From contig CP129473.1 of NCBI GenBank assembly GCA_030583745.1, positions 530 to 64,529 of the forward strand: DNA of 64,000 nucleotides, given 5' to 3'. Source of the DNA: Minisyncoccota bacterium (GTDB taxonomy: Bacteria; Patescibacteriota; Minisyncoccia; Phycocordibacterales; BOKC01). A program made the translations under genes and the position numbers. This document shows positions 1 through 10,191 of the stretch, one piece after another. Position 1 is the first letter of the stretch. Each line of letters begins with the position of its first letter. A model generated the notes under the pieces. It made no database searches and was not told the origin of the DNA. It saw only the letters and a list, made by a program, of their open reading frames with translations.

Positions 1-125
1 AAAGCTACGACCATGTGGTCGTAGAGTTGTGTGCCGGAGGCCTGCCCTGACGTTACGTCAAAAAAGGCAAGACGACAATCATCGGCTGTGTGCACGAAAC
101 CACCTGCCAGCCTTCTTTTTATTCC
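1..125 (+). other. GC-rich structured segment at the window edge ending in a hairpin plus T-run (ggctg...cagcc ttctttttatt). Possibly the 3' end of an upstream ncRNA or gene. Cut by the window.
   Basis: Several stable hairpins (gctacgacc/ggtcgtag; ggctg/cagcc followed by a T-run) in GC-rich sequence unlike the coding flanks. ORF 29..304 looks spurious. Confidence 0.25.
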
Positions 126-236
126 TAAATTCTCACTTTAAGCGGGTCAGTATTCAATATTCCAGAGCGCTCTGTTTTTTGGATATTTATGTTAATATTA
201 GAGGTGTAGCCGTTAAAAACCCTAATCTAATAACAT

Positions 237-1160
237 ATGAAAAAATCAATAATAATCATCGTTGCAATTGTTGTCCTTGCCATTCTGGGATTCTTTATTC
301 TTAACAAAACATCCCAAGAAAAATCAGAGAATCAAAATCAGGAAGAAACAGTAGAAAAGGAGAACACAGTAAGTACAACAACAGAAGAAAAAAACCTTGG
401 ACAATCCGAAGAGGGTCAAAGAGTCATCGGTAAATCTGTAAATGGTAATGACATTAATGCCTATACTTACGGCACAGGAGATACTCACCTGCTTTTTGTC
501 GGCGGTATCCACGGAGGATATTCATGGAATACGGCGCTTGTTGCTTATGAACTCATTGATTACTTAAATGAGAACAGAGATACATTGGCAGAAAATTTGA
601 GAATTACAGTTGTTCCCGTTCTGAACCCCGACGGATTGGATAAGGTTGTTGGTACCACGGGTCGTTTTGCGCGTTCTGCAGTACCAGTGTCCGAATCCCA
701 AACTATTCCGGGTCGGTTTAACGGCAACAATGTTGATCTCAACAGAAATTTTGACTGTGATTGGCAAGCAGAAGGAAGGTGGCAAACACGAACAGTTAGC
801 GGCGGAACCACTGTTTTTTCCGAACCTGAATCGCAGGCCATCAAAAAATACATTGAGACTAATCGACCAAGCGCTGTCTTAGTTTGGTATTCCGCCGTCG
901 GTGGAGTTTTTGCCTCAAATTGTCATGAGGGGGTTCTTTCAGAAACCAAAGAATTGGTGAATGTTTTTGCCAATGCTTCGGGTTATAAGCCATACGAAGA
1001 GTTTGATTTTTACGAAATTACCGGCGACATGACAAACTGGCTCGCTAAAATCGGCGTGCCGGCGATAAGTGTTCTCCTTACAACTCACGAAGCTGTGGAG
1101 TGGGATAAAAATCTCAAAGGTATTCAGGCGATGTTTGGTCACTATACTGAAAACCAATAA
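237..1160 (+). CDS. M14-family zinc carboxypeptidase-like protein with an N-terminal TM anchor. Probably a catalytically inactive paralog.
   Basis: Motifs GGIHGGYSWN and VDLNRNFDC are typical of M14 peptidases. The third Zn-ligand His is replaced (WYS versus WHS in the neighbour). The catalytic Glu is replaced (SVLL versus TVEL). Confidence 0.7.
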   Translation: MKKSIIIIVAIVVLAILGFFILNKTSQEKSENQNQEETVEKENTVSTTTEEKNLGQSEEGQRVIGKSVNGNDINAYTYGTGDTHLLFVGGIHGGYSWNTALVAYELIDYLNENRDTLAENLRITVVPVLNPDGLDKVVGTTGRFARSAVPVSESQTIPGRFNGNNVDLNRNFDCDWQAEGRWQTRTVSGGTTVFSEPESQAIKKYIETNRPSAVLVWYSAVGGVFASNCHEGVLSETKELVNVFANASGYKPYEEFDFYEITGDMTNWLAKIGVPAISVLLTTHEAVEWDKNLKGIQAMFGHYTENQ

Positions 1161-1165
1161 TACCA

Positions 1166-2050
1166 ATGCAGAATTTCTCATTTAGCACAACAAAAATAAT
1201 CCTCATTGTTTTTGTTGTGCTAGCGATTATTTTCGGCGCGACCGCACTTTTTGTTGATCGCGGTCGGGAAATACCGGAACCAGGGCCGATTATCGAGAAA
1301 GAATCAAAACCAAAACAGGAAATTATCGGTAAATCTGTCGAGGGGCGCGAAATTGAATCTTACACTTTTGGCAATGGACAAAATCACTTGCTTTTTGTCG
1401 GTGGTATTCACGGTGGCTATGAATGGAACAGTGTTCTTTTAGCTTATAGATTTTTGGATTACCTTTTTGATAATCCGGAAGCGGTCACTTCAAATTTGAC
1501 TGTTACAGTCATTCCCAACGCCAACCCCGACGGTCTTTTTAAGGTGATTGGTAAAGAAGGGCGTTTCAGTTTTGCGGATGTGAAAGTGAGCAGGGAAGAT
1601 TCAAGGCCGGGAAGATTCAACGCCAACGGTGTTGATCTCAACAGAAATTTTGATTGCAAGTGGAAGTCAGAGAGTATGTGGCAAGGTAACGTAGTAAGCG
1701 CCGGTACCGCGCCATTTTCCGAACCTGAAGCTCGGGCTATCCGCGATTTTGTTTTAAAAAACAAACTCACAGCGGCAATTTTTTGGCACAGTCGTGCAGA
1801 TGCAGTCTATGCGTCTGAATGTGAAAATGGAATTCTTCCCGCAACTCGACAAATAATGAATACTTTCTCTCAAGCATCAGGATATCCGGCTGTCGATTCA
1901 TTTGATGCTTATGGAATTACTGGTGACGTTGAGGGTTGGCTGGCTTCAATTGGGGTGCCAGCAATTACAGTTGAACTTAAAACGCACGACTCAATCGAAT
2001 GGGAGAAAAATTTGTTGGGGATAAAGGCTTTGTTAAAATATTTTAAATGA
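1166..2050 (+). CDS. M14-family zinc carboxypeptidase-like protein with an N-terminal TM anchor. Catalytic residues intact.
   Basis: Tandem paralog of the upstream gene with HGGYEWN, VDLNRNFDC, FWHSRAD and ITVELKTHD (catalytic Glu present). Confidence 0.75.
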   Translation: MQNFSFSTTKIILIVFVVLAIIFGATALFVDRGREIPEPGPIIEKESKPKQEIIGKSVEGREIESYTFGNGQNHLLFVGGIHGGYEWNSVLLAYRFLDYLFDNPEAVTSNLTVTVIPNANPDGLFKVIGKEGRFSFADVKVSREDSRPGRFNANGVDLNRNFDCKWKSESMWQGNVVSAGTAPFSEPEARAIRDFVLKNKLTAAIFWHSRADAVYASECENGILPATRQIMNTFSQASGYPAVDSFDAYGITGDVEGWLASIGVPAITVELKTHDSIEWEKNLLGIKALLKYFK

Positions 2051-2062
2051 TGTTTTGTTTAG

Positions 2063-2764
2063 GTGGGGTCTTGCTTTAATGACGGTTTAGATAACATGGA
2101 AAAAATACCCAACGAACCGGATCTAGAAAAAAAATTAATGTCTGCTGTGGAGGCGGTGTATTCTCCACGCTTGCCATATCACAATTTTGAACACGCTAGA
2201 GAAATTGAAAAAAGAGTATTGGAGATTGCTGATCGCTGTGAATCTGAAGGCGTCCCAATTAACAGGGAAGTTATCCGTCTAGCAGCTTTATTTCACGATG
2301 CGGGTTATCATTTAGACCATGTCGCGAAAGGGTGTGAGAGCAAAGAAGAGCTGTCGACTTTTATTGCCAGGGAAGAACTTGTTAAATTAAATGTTAAGCC
2401 GGAAATTATAGAAGAGGTCTTAAAGACTATTTTGGCGACCCATCGAGATGCGGAATTTACCACTAACGAACAAAAAGTATTAAGGGCAGCAGATTTAGTT
2501 TCTTTGGCTGGTGAGTTTGAGACTTTCTTGAAAAATACAGTATTACTAAAGCGCGAAATCGAGTTTTTGCGTGGGAGTGCTATCAGTTGGGAAGAATGGA
2601 AAAATTCAACTGAAAGGTTGGTTAAATTTTATCTGTCGCAAGACATCCGACTCACGAGTTTTCACGACGACGAAAACGGCAGGTCTGTATTTCATATCGC
2701 GACAATTCAGAATTTGCAGAGGTTTTTGGGGATGCCAGAATCTGAATTAAAAAAATTGGAGTGA
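2063..2764 (+). CDS. HD-domain phosphohydrolase
   Basis: H..HD motif (FEHAREIE ... LFHDAGY) typical of the HD superfamily. Confidence 0.65.
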   Translation: MGSCFNDGLDNMEKIPNEPDLEKKLMSAVEAVYSPRLPYHNFEHAREIEKRVLEIADRCESEGVPINREVIRLAALFHDAGYHLDHVAKGCESKEELSTFIAREELVKLNVKPEIIEEVLKTILATHRDAEFTTNEQKVLRAADLVSLAGEFETFLKNTVLLKREIEFLRGSAISWEEWKNSTERLVKFYLSQDIRLTSFHDDENGRSVFHIATIQNLQRFLGMPESELKKLE

Positions 2765-2796
2765 AAAAAGATTTCTGATATTATATTTTAGAAATC

Positions 2797-3768
2797 ATGT
2801 CTATCGCCCCAATAATTTTATTCCTAGTCTCTTGTGGATTGATAATTTTTGCCGGCAAGTGGGTTGTCTCCTCTCTTTTGGATATAGCCCGTTTCCTGGG
2901 TTGGAAGGAATTTGTTGTTGCTTTTTTTGCTTTTTCTTTGGGATCTGTTGCTCCGGAATTTTTCATAGGCATCTCTTCGGCCTTACACGGCATCCCGGAG
3001 TTGTCGCTTGGCAATATTATTGGCCAGAATATCTTGCTTTTGACCGTGACAGTTGCCGTCTCAGCTTTAGTTTTAAGAGGGGGAATAAGAATACAAAGTC
3101 AAACAGTTAAGGTTGGTTCGACTTTTGCGGTTATTGCTGCGGTTCTTCCTTTGATTATGGTTTTAGACGGAACCTTGTCGAGAATTGACGGATTGATTTT
3201 AATTTTTACTTTTGCTGGTTTTACCGTCTGGTTGTTCTCAAAAAAAGAAAGATTTTCCAAGATTTATCAAGATGAGATTAGTGAGTCTTCAAGTGTTGGT
3301 CTTAACACATTCTTTAAAAAAATTTTTATTTTTATCGGAAGTCTTGCCTTACTTGTGGTGTCAGCGGAAGGAATCATTCGATCTTCTCTGGGTTTTGCCG
3401 AAGGTCTCGGATTCTCGGTGCCCTTTGTCGGACTTTTGATTGTTGCAATTGGAACAGGCCTACCCGAAACCTACATATCTTTTAATTTGGCTAAAAGAGG
3501 TCAATCGTGGATGATTTTGGGCGGACTTATGGGGGCGGTGGCTTTGTCCTCGACCATGGTTCTTGGTCTGATTTCTGTAATACAACCCATTGTTATTCCG
3601 GCTTCAGAATTGGCACATCTGACTTTAGCCAGGATATTCCTGCTTTTGAGTGCTCTGTTCTTCCTGTTTTTCGTCAAAACCGGCAGACAGATTTCCAAGA
3701 AAGAAGCAATCTTTCTTCTGCTCTTTTACGCAGTTTTTGTGTTTTCGCTTCTGTATTTACCGGGTTAA
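2797..3768 (+). CDS. Ca2+/cation antiporter (CaCA, YrbG-like) membrane protein
   Basis: Two alpha-repeat signatures (GNIIGQNILLLTV and GTGLPETYISF) in a polytopic membrane protein. Confidence 0.75.
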   Translation: MSIAPIILFLVSCGLIIFAGKWVVSSLLDIARFLGWKEFVVAFFAFSLGSVAPEFFIGISSALHGIPELSLGNIIGQNILLLTVTVAVSALVLRGGIRIQSQTVKVGSTFAVIAAVLPLIMVLDGTLSRIDGLILIFTFAGFTVWLFSKKERFSKIYQDEISESSSVGLNTFFKKIFIFIGSLALLVVSAEGIIRSSLGFAEGLGFSVPFVGLLIVAIGTGLPETYISFNLAKRGQSWMILGGLMGAVALSSTMVLGLISVIQPIVIPASELAHLTLARIFLLLSALFFLFFVKTGRQISKKEAIFLLLFYAVFVFSLLYLPG

Positions 3769-3780
3769 AATATTAAACAT

Positions 3781-4374
3781 ATGAAAAATTTCTTGATAAT
3801 TATTCTTGCTCTATCTTTTTTGGTTTTTGGTGCCGCTGTTTTTTTCTACTATCAGGAAAAGAATATCTTAAATGAAATAAACAGCTTTGAGGATTGTCTG
3901 ACGCATGGTTTTCCGGTGATGGAATCTCACCCAAGACAATGCATGACACCGGACGGCAGGAGCTTTACTGAAGTATTGGAAGAGCCGGCTCCTTTGGAAA
4001 GAGATGATTTGATCGTTTTAATTTCGCCTAAAGCCGAGGAGTTTATCACAAGTCCGCTTGAGATATCAGGCCAAGCCCGAGGTAATTGGTTTTTTGAAGC
4101 AACATTTCCTGTCGTTTTGACTAATTGGGACGGACTGATTATTGCTGAACACTATGCCACTGCTAATCCGCCTGCCGGTGGAGACTGGATGACTGAAGAA
4201 TTTGTGCCATTTGAAGCATCTCTTAATTTTGAAAATCCGTATAAAGAGGGTGACCCGGATTTTATGCGAAGAGGTTTCTTGATTTTACAAAAAAGTAACC
4301 CTTCCGGACTGCCCGAATTTGATGACGCCCTAGAGATCACAGTGTATTTTTCTGATTCAGGGATTGAGCTTTAA
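3781..4374 (+). CDS. Secreted or anchored hypothetical protein (Gmad2 / immunoglobulin-like domain?)
   Basis: N-terminal TM/signal segment. No catalytic motif recognised. Confidence 0.5.
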   Translation: MKNFLIIILALSFLVFGAAVFFYYQEKNILNEINSFEDCLTHGFPVMESHPRQCMTPDGRSFTEVLEEPAPLERDDLIVLISPKAEEFITSPLEISGQARGNWFFEATFPVVLTNWDGLIIAEHYATANPPAGGDWMTEEFVPFEASLNFENPYKEGDPDFMRRGFLILQKSNPSGLPEFDDALEITVYFSDSGIEL

Positions 4375-4545
4375 TCTTGTTATCTAATGATTGAGATTGA
4401 GATTATAAAGAGATAAAGCAGGGCACCATCGTAAGACAGCGCCCCGCTGGAGGAGAGAGAGACCGTGTTTGAACAACCTATCTTTAACTATAACCCCAAT
4501 AAAATTAAAAGCAAGAATTTATCCACAACTTAAATAATTATAAAA

Positions 4546-4707
4546 ATGGAACATTATATTTGTACAGGTGGTTGCAATGGGGTGTCTCAAAACCCCGGTC
4601 TTTGCCAAGACAAAAGCTGTTCAAAACACAATAAACCGTTGATTTTTTGTGACTGCGACACTTCAGAGAATCATAGGACAGAAGAAAGGCCGAAAGATCC
4701 GCAGTAG
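4546..4707 (+). CDS. Possible small Cys-rich peptide (53 aa, MEHYICTGGCNG...)
   Basis: Uninterrupted frame with six Cys. No clear SD. It overlaps a 72-aa antisense ORF, so it is speculative. Confidence 0.2.
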   Translation: MEHYICTGGCNGVSQNPGLCQDKSCSKHNKPLIFCDCDTSENHRTEERPKDPQ

Positions 4708-4801
4708 TTTTTATTAGCGACGTAGAGCGAGAGAAATGGGAAAGCAAAGCTTTCACATTAGCGAGTCCCGATAATACCTCCTCTGCCCCGAGGAACCTTT
4801 A

Positions 4802-5995
4802 TTATCGAGTATCTTCTATACTCAAGCTGTATTTGATTCCAAACAAGACTATTATAGAGAGGACAAGAAACAAAAAACTATACTGAATATTCAAAATTTC
4901 AAAACCGGTCAAAACCCCCGCAGCGATTAGGGGTGCGACAATTAAAGCTAGCGGTCTTGAAATCCGGAAGAAACTTATGATGTCTGGCTCCCCAGCTCTT
5001 ACTTTTTTGAAGAAATAACTTTCCGAGGCGATTTCGGTAAAACTCGCTCCGACTCTCGTCATGAAAAGGACTAGCGCCCAAATTATAAAAACTGGACTGT
5101 TTAAAAAGGCCGTTATTGCGGTGCTTGACGCGATTATTAAAAAACCGATTGTCATGATTTCTTTTTCTCCAGTTTTTTTATCTGCAATCCACCCCATCGG
5201 AATTTCAAAAATAAGAAATGGCAGAAGCATAATGGTAAAAATCAAGCCGATCTCGGTCCAAGAAAAATGCAAATTTTGCGACAAGTGAATCGGCATATAA
5301 ATGACCATCCAGGCGAAGAAAAATTGCAGTATAAATTGTACCGCGAAAACTCCAAAAATATTTTTATCAGAAATAATTTTTTTAAAAGTTTCTTTCAGAG
5401 AGCTTTTTTTTGGATATTCAATCTTAACTTTTAACCCTCGCTTCGCCAAAAAGAATAAGGGTATAAGTAATGTCGCTGAAACTAGATAAATCTTCCAAAA
5501 GTCGCCGTTTGTCAGTATTAATCCGGCCAATGCAGGAGAGATGACAAATGCTAAATTGCCCAAGGTCAAATAAATACCCCTTATTCCACCAGTTTTGCTT
5601 TCTCTTTGGTCTGAATAGTTTTCTAGAAAAATGTCTAAACAAAAAAGAATGGTCATTATTGTTCCTTGATGCAAGACAAATAAGATTGCGACAAACAGCG
5701 GGTTTTCGGTCAAAGCTAGCCCTAATACTGCTAGAAATTCAAGGAATATAAAGAAAAGAACTAGGCGGTAATTTCCAAATTTGGAAATTAGCTCCGGTCC
5801 CCTGAGTAAGAAAAACAGATTTAACACCGCTCCTAGAGCAAAGAGAAAACCCAAAGAGCCCGGAGAAAAAAATTGCTCAAGGAACGTTGAGTTTATGTAG
5901 ATTATGAGAGCAAAGTGGAGTGAGAGAAGAAAATTTGAAGCCAAGATTGAGAATAAAAATCTCAACGACGAATTTATCTTTGAAAGAAAAAACAT
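4802..5995 (-). CDS. MFS-type transporter
   Basis: About 12 predicted TM segments and an overall MFS-like composition. Confidence 0.65.
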   Translation of the reverse strand: MFFLSKINSSLRFLFSILASNFLLSLHFALIIYINSTFLEQFFSPGSLGFLFALGAVLNLFFLLRGPELISKFGNYRLVLFFIFLEFLAVLGLALTENPLFVAILFVLHQGTIMTILFCLDIFLENYSDQRESKTGGIRGIYLTLGNLAFVISPALAGLILTNGDFWKIYLVSATLLIPLFFLAKRGLKVKIEYPKKSSLKETFKKIISDKNIFGVFAVQFILQFFFAWMVIYMPIHLSQNLHFSWTEIGLIFTIMLLPFLIFEIPMGWIADKKTGEKEIMTIGFLIIASSTAITAFLNSPVFIIWALVLFMTRVGASFTEIASESYFFKKVRAGEPDIISFFRISRPLALIVAPLIAAGVLTGFEILNIQYSFLFLVLSIIVLFGIKYSLSIEDTR

Positions 5996-6022
5996 TTTCC
6001 CGCTATCTCTGTTTTTAAATTA

Positions 6023-7951
6023 TTAAACTCCTAAAATTACAGGAATCACAATCGGATGCTTGGCTGTTTTTTGGAACAAAAACTGACTGATGTTCTCGGC
6101 GACATTGGACTTAACATATTCAAAGTCTATTGGATTCATGCTGACAGTCGATTCTTCAATTGTTTTTTTGATTATCAGTCTTGCTTGTTGTAGTAAGTCT
6201 TGGGACTCTCTCAAATATACGAAACCGCGAGAGATGATATCAGGTGACTTTTTTAATTTTCCAGTTCTGGTGTTAATGCTGGCGATAATGACAAACATAC
6301 CTTCTTCGGCTAGAGTTTTTCTGTCTCTGATAACAACCTCTTGCATATCGCCAACCGAGTACCCCTCAACCATCATCGGACTGTTTGGAACTTCTTCTTT
6401 GAGAATTTTCATTTTTTGACCGTTGTCGTAAATTTCGATGATTGAGCCGTTATTTGGAATCGCAATATTTTCTACTGGGGTGCCAAGAGACTGGGATAAT
6501 TCGGCGTGTTGCCTTAGCATGTAGTGGTGGCCATGAACTGGCATGAAAAATTTGTAATTTATTTTTTTGTGAATCCATTCCAGCTCGCCGCGGTTGCCGT
6601 GACCGGAAGCATGAATGTCAGAATCAAGATAGGTGATGACTTTCGCTTCCGAGCGATATAGGTTGTCTTTGAGTCTGGTGATGGCATATTCATTGCCGGG
6701 TATTATAGATGATGACAAAAGGACGGTGTCGTTTTTGCTTAGGGTTATGCTCTTGTGTGTCTTATTGGCGATTCTCATGAGCGCTGCATATTCTTCACCT
6801 TGTGCACCGGTAGCGATTAAGACAACCTTTTTTGGTTCGTAGTTGTTTATTTCGTTTACAGAAATCAAGTTTTTAGCTGAAAGGAGATTGAGTTGTTTTA
6901 TTATCTCTAGATTGGATTTCATACTCCGACCTTCTACAGCAACTTTCTTTCCGTATTTTTCAGCCAAGCTAATTATGCTTATAATTCTTTCAACCTGTGA
7001 GGCGAAAGTGCCAATGATCAGACGTCCGGTAACATCTCTTATTATTTTTTCTATATTTTTTACAACAACACTTTCAGATATTGAAAAACCTCGTTTTTCT
7101 ATGCTTGTCGAGTCCATTGTTAGAAGCAGAATTTCTTCTTTTTTGAATCGCTCGTATTGTTTCTCCTCTTCTTCAGTTGGTTTGGATTCAATGTTGTCCA
7201 CGCGGACGTCTTCTATGAAGACAATTTTTCCTACCGGTGTTTCTATGATAAGTCCCATTGAATCGGGAATTGTGTGAGAGATCGGAAATGATTCTATTTT
7301 GAAATGTTCACCCACTCTAAACTTTTCATTACCCTCGATAATCTTTATGTTTAATTCTTGCAGATGGGGAAATTCTTCTTGTCGTCTTTTTATCATCAGT
7401 GCGCCAAATTGACGCGAATAAATCGTCGGATTACCAATCGGTTCAATTATGTAGGGAATTGCGCCGATATGGTCTAAATGTCCGTGAGTGATGAAAAGAC
7501 CTTTTATTCGGTCTTTGTTTTTCATCAAATACTTTATGTTTGGAATTATAAAGTCTATTCCGGGCGTATTTTCTTCTTTGAATTGCAACCCCGCATCAAC
7601 AACAATTATGTCATTTTTATATTCTATAGCTGTCATGTTGCGTCCGACCTCCTCTACTCCTCCAAGCGGAATGATGCGAAGATTGTCGCCAATTGGTGGT
7701 ATTTGCGGAAAACTTTCTTTGGATGTTTGCATTGCCACCCTAGTCTGACGATTTCTAGGTTTTTCAAAGCGTCTCCTATTGGACGAAGGTCTAACTCTTC
7801 TTCTGTCACCACTCCCGTGTCTTCCGCTCTCTTTTCGAAATTGTGACTGGTCTTGAGCCACGTTTATTTTTTGCCCCTCTTCTTTTACGATTGAAGCAAA
7901 AACCGCATTCTTTTTTTCTTTTGGTCTCATGTCTATTATTAATAAAAACAA
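6023..7951 (-). CDS. rnj: Ribonuclease J (metallo-beta-lactamase/beta-CASP) with an Arg-rich N-terminal extension
   Basis: HGHLDHIGA motif, RNase J-like N-terminus (LRIIPLGGVEEVGRNMT) and C-terminal domain. The start codon is ambiguous (possibly the Met near 7930). Confidence 0.85.
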   Translation of the reverse strand: MFLLIIDMRPKEKKNAVFASIVKEEGQKINVAQDQSQFRKESGRHGSGDRRRVRPSSNRRRFEKPRNRQTRVAMQTSKESFPQIPPIGDNLRIIPLGGVEEVGRNMTAIEYKNDIIVVDAGLQFKEENTPGIDFIIPNIKYLMKNKDRIKGLFITHGHLDHIGAIPYIIEPIGNPTIYSRQFGALMIKRRQEEFPHLQELNIKIIEGNEKFRVGEHFKIESFPISHTIPDSMGLIIETPVGKIVFIEDVRVDNIESKPTEEEEKQYERFKKEEILLLTMDSTSIEKRGFSISESVVVKNIEKIIRDVTGRLIIGTFASQVERIISIISLAEKYGKKVAVEGRSMKSNLEIIKQLNLLSAKNLISVNEINNYEPKKVVLIATGAQGEEYAALMRIANKTHKSITLSKNDTVLLSSSIIPGNEYAITRLKDNLYRSEAKVITYLDSDIHASGHGNRGELEWIHKKINYKFFMPVHGHHYMLRQHAELSQSLGTPVENIAIPNNGSIIEIYDNGQKMKILKEEVPNSPMMVEGYSVGDMQEVVIRDRKTLAEEGMFVIIASINTRTGKLKKSPDIISRGFVYLRESQDLLQQARLIIKKTIEESTVSMNPIDFEYVKSNVAENISQFLFQKTAKHPIVIPVILGV

Positions 7952-8011
7952 ACCTGAACGAGAAATTAGGACCTCGTTCGTATTTTTATAATTAAATTAT
8001 TAGTTTTTAAT

Positions 8012-9781
8012 TTATTTTTGTTTAACAAAAATTTTCCAGATTTTATCAGTTTCAATATACCAGTTGTGAACATTTAGAAATCTGTCACTACTTTGTGATA
8101 TCAAACCCAAATCGACTTCTTTCAGTTTTCGAGGTAAGACATAGATGAAATCCGGAGAATAAATAAATATTGCCGGAGAATCTTCCAAAACTTCTTTTTC
8201 AAATTGTATGTATTTTTTCATCCTTTCGTCTTTGTTCAGGATGACTCTGGCTTCTTCAAGAAGTTTGTCAGTAGTTATATTAGCATAAAGTCCGATATTA
8301 AACCCAGGGTCATTTCTTTGAGAAGAGTGCCAGAATGGGAACAAGTCCAAGTCTCTAGCCGCGCTTATCCCAAAGAGCAGGGATTCGTAATTTCTCGGGC
8401 GAATTACGTTTTGACTTAAATCTCCGTTGGCCTCAAAAAATTTTATGTCAACTTCCGCGCCGATTTTCCTCCACTCTTCTTGTAGTATAGTAGCGACGGC
8501 TTTGAGGTCCGGCAGGTTGCCGGTAGAAATTGAAAATCTTAATTCAGAATTGCCGTCTTTGGTCTTTCTTGTTCTAACACTCTCCCCCTCTCCCAACTTC
8601 CAACCGGCACTCTCCAAAATCTCAATTGCTTTTTCTATCCTATTTGAATCTGGAGAAATGTCTTTGTCTTGTTCAAGTTGCGGTAGGTGGGCAATTGGAA
8701 CCGGACTGTTTATTGACCGACCAAATCCCAGAAGGACTTCTTCAACAATTCTTTCTTTGTCTAAAGACATATCAAGCGCCACCCTGACCTCTTTTTGTGT
8801 AAAGATTGAAGATTCGTTCTGGTTTAGAAATACTCCGAAGATTCTCGGTAGAACATTTGTTTTTACCAAGGCCCCCTTTTCTATTAAACCCGAAGCTTCT
8901 TCGGGAGAAATAGAAGATACACTCTCTATCACCCCTCTTTCAAAAGCTTCTATCAGTTCATTTTCGTTGGTATAGAATCGTAAAATTATGTTCTTTAAAA
9001 ACGGTTCTCCCAAAGTGTAATTTCTAAAAGAAGTTAAGTGATAAGAAATTGGCAATCCGTTCGAATCTTTCTTTAGACTTTTTATTCTATATGGTCCGGA
9101 TCCTACGGGCTCTATATTTAATAGACTGAAAGAAAACTGTTCTTGACTTAGGTTGTTCCAGAGGTGTTTAGGCAATATACCTAAAGTTGCATTGTCCAAA
9201 AACATAGCATATGGCTGGCTTAGTATAAAACTTATAGTCTTGCTGTCTTTTACTTCTGTTTTTACACCTTCCCAATTTGCTCTTCTCGGACTTCTCAGAC
9301 TTGGTTCTTGGATTTTGAGAACGGTGAATTCAACATCCGCGGTTGTGACCGGTTTCCCATCATGAAAATATATTTCGTCTTTCAAGATAAAGGTATATTT
9401 AAGCCCGTCCTCGCTGACCTCCCAACTTTCTGCCAAATCAGGAATGAGCTCTCCTTTCGGTGTAGATTTTAAGAGACCGGAATAAATGAGCGCTACCAAG
9501 TCTCTATCTGCGTTTGAGCCGGGCAAAGCCAAAACAGGGTTTGCAAAACGGGGTGAACCGACGATTCCCTCGACCAGAGTTCCTCCGTGTGCTGGTACTG
9601 GAACAGTTAAAGCGTAATTTGCTCGTAGTAGGAGTGTGGCGCTTGAGATTGAGAGTAGGAGAATCAAGAACAGCCCCAAGACTTTTTCCGTCAAAGAAAG
9701 AGAGTCCAAAACTTTTCCAACCTTTTTCTCGCCGGGTAATTCCCAACTTTGTTTCAATAAGATAGATGCTTTGTTTAACAT
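8012..9781 (-). CDS. ABC transporter substrate-binding protein (family 5, peptide/nickel type)
   Basis: N-terminal TM/signal. Size and composition fit SBP family 5. Confidence 0.6.
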   Translation of the reverse strand: MLNKASILLKQSWELPGEKKVGKVLDSLSLTEKVLGLFLILLLSISSATLLLRANYALTVPVPAHGGTLVEGIVGSPRFANPVLALPGSNADRDLVALIYSGLLKSTPKGELIPDLAESWEVSEDGLKYTFILKDEIYFHDGKPVTTADVEFTVLKIQEPSLRSPRRANWEGVKTEVKDSKTISFILSQPYAMFLDNATLGILPKHLWNNLSQEQFSFSLLNIEPVGSGPYRIKSLKKDSNGLPISYHLTSFRNYTLGEPFLKNIILRFYTNENELIEAFERGVIESVSSISPEEASGLIEKGALVKTNVLPRIFGVFLNQNESSIFTQKEVRVALDMSLDKERIVEEVLLGFGRSINSPVPIAHLPQLEQDKDISPDSNRIEKAIEILESAGWKLGEGESVRTRKTKDGNSELRFSISTGNLPDLKAVATILQEEWRKIGAEVDIKFFEANGDLSQNVIRPRNYESLLFGISAARDLDLFPFWHSSQRNDPGFNIGLYANITTDKLLEEARVILNKDERMKKYIQFEKEVLEDSPAIFIYSPDFIYVLPRKLKEVDLGLISQSSDRFLNVHNWYIETDKIWKIFVKQK

Positions 9782-9825
9782 AAAAATTAGCCGCCTATTG
9801 TTTAGACGCTTTTAACTTAGAAGAT

Positions 9826-10056
9826 TTAAAGCAGAAGTGCCAAGATTGAAGCCAAAACAAAAATAACAGCTAGAACAATAGTAGTGTTGAATATTGTTTT
9901 TTCAAACCCACGTCTTTCAAAATGGCTTCCGCTACCGTCTCCTCCGCCAAAAGCTCCGCCAACCCCAGCTTCTGAACGCTGGAGCATAACAAGGGCTATG
10001 ATGGCGATTGATAAAGCGACCTGTATAAAAGGTAATAAGCTCTGTATTAGACTCAT
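9826..10056 (-). CDS. secG: Preprotein translocase subunit SecG
   Basis: Two TM helices flanking a Gly-rich loop (GVGGAFGGGDGSG), as is typical for SecG. Confidence 0.8.
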   Translation of the reverse strand: MSLIQSLLPFIQVALSIAIIALVMLQRSEAGVGGAFGGGDGSGSHFERRGFEKTIFNTTIVLAVIFVLASILALLL

Positions 10057-10191
10057 TTATCAGATTATACCAGGGCTGACAAATAAAGCAAACCGTTAGA
10101 TATTGACCCGATCAATCTGATTGTTTATACTAACTGCGCTTAATAACTAAAAATGGTCGCATTTATAAGTCTTATTTTCTTTGTTTAACCT

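Noticed and set aside
29-304. 91-aa ORF at the window start
   Set aside because: It spans a hairpin and terminator-like GC-rich segment and the promoter of the first M14 gene. It is Cys/Arg-rich and implausible as a protein.
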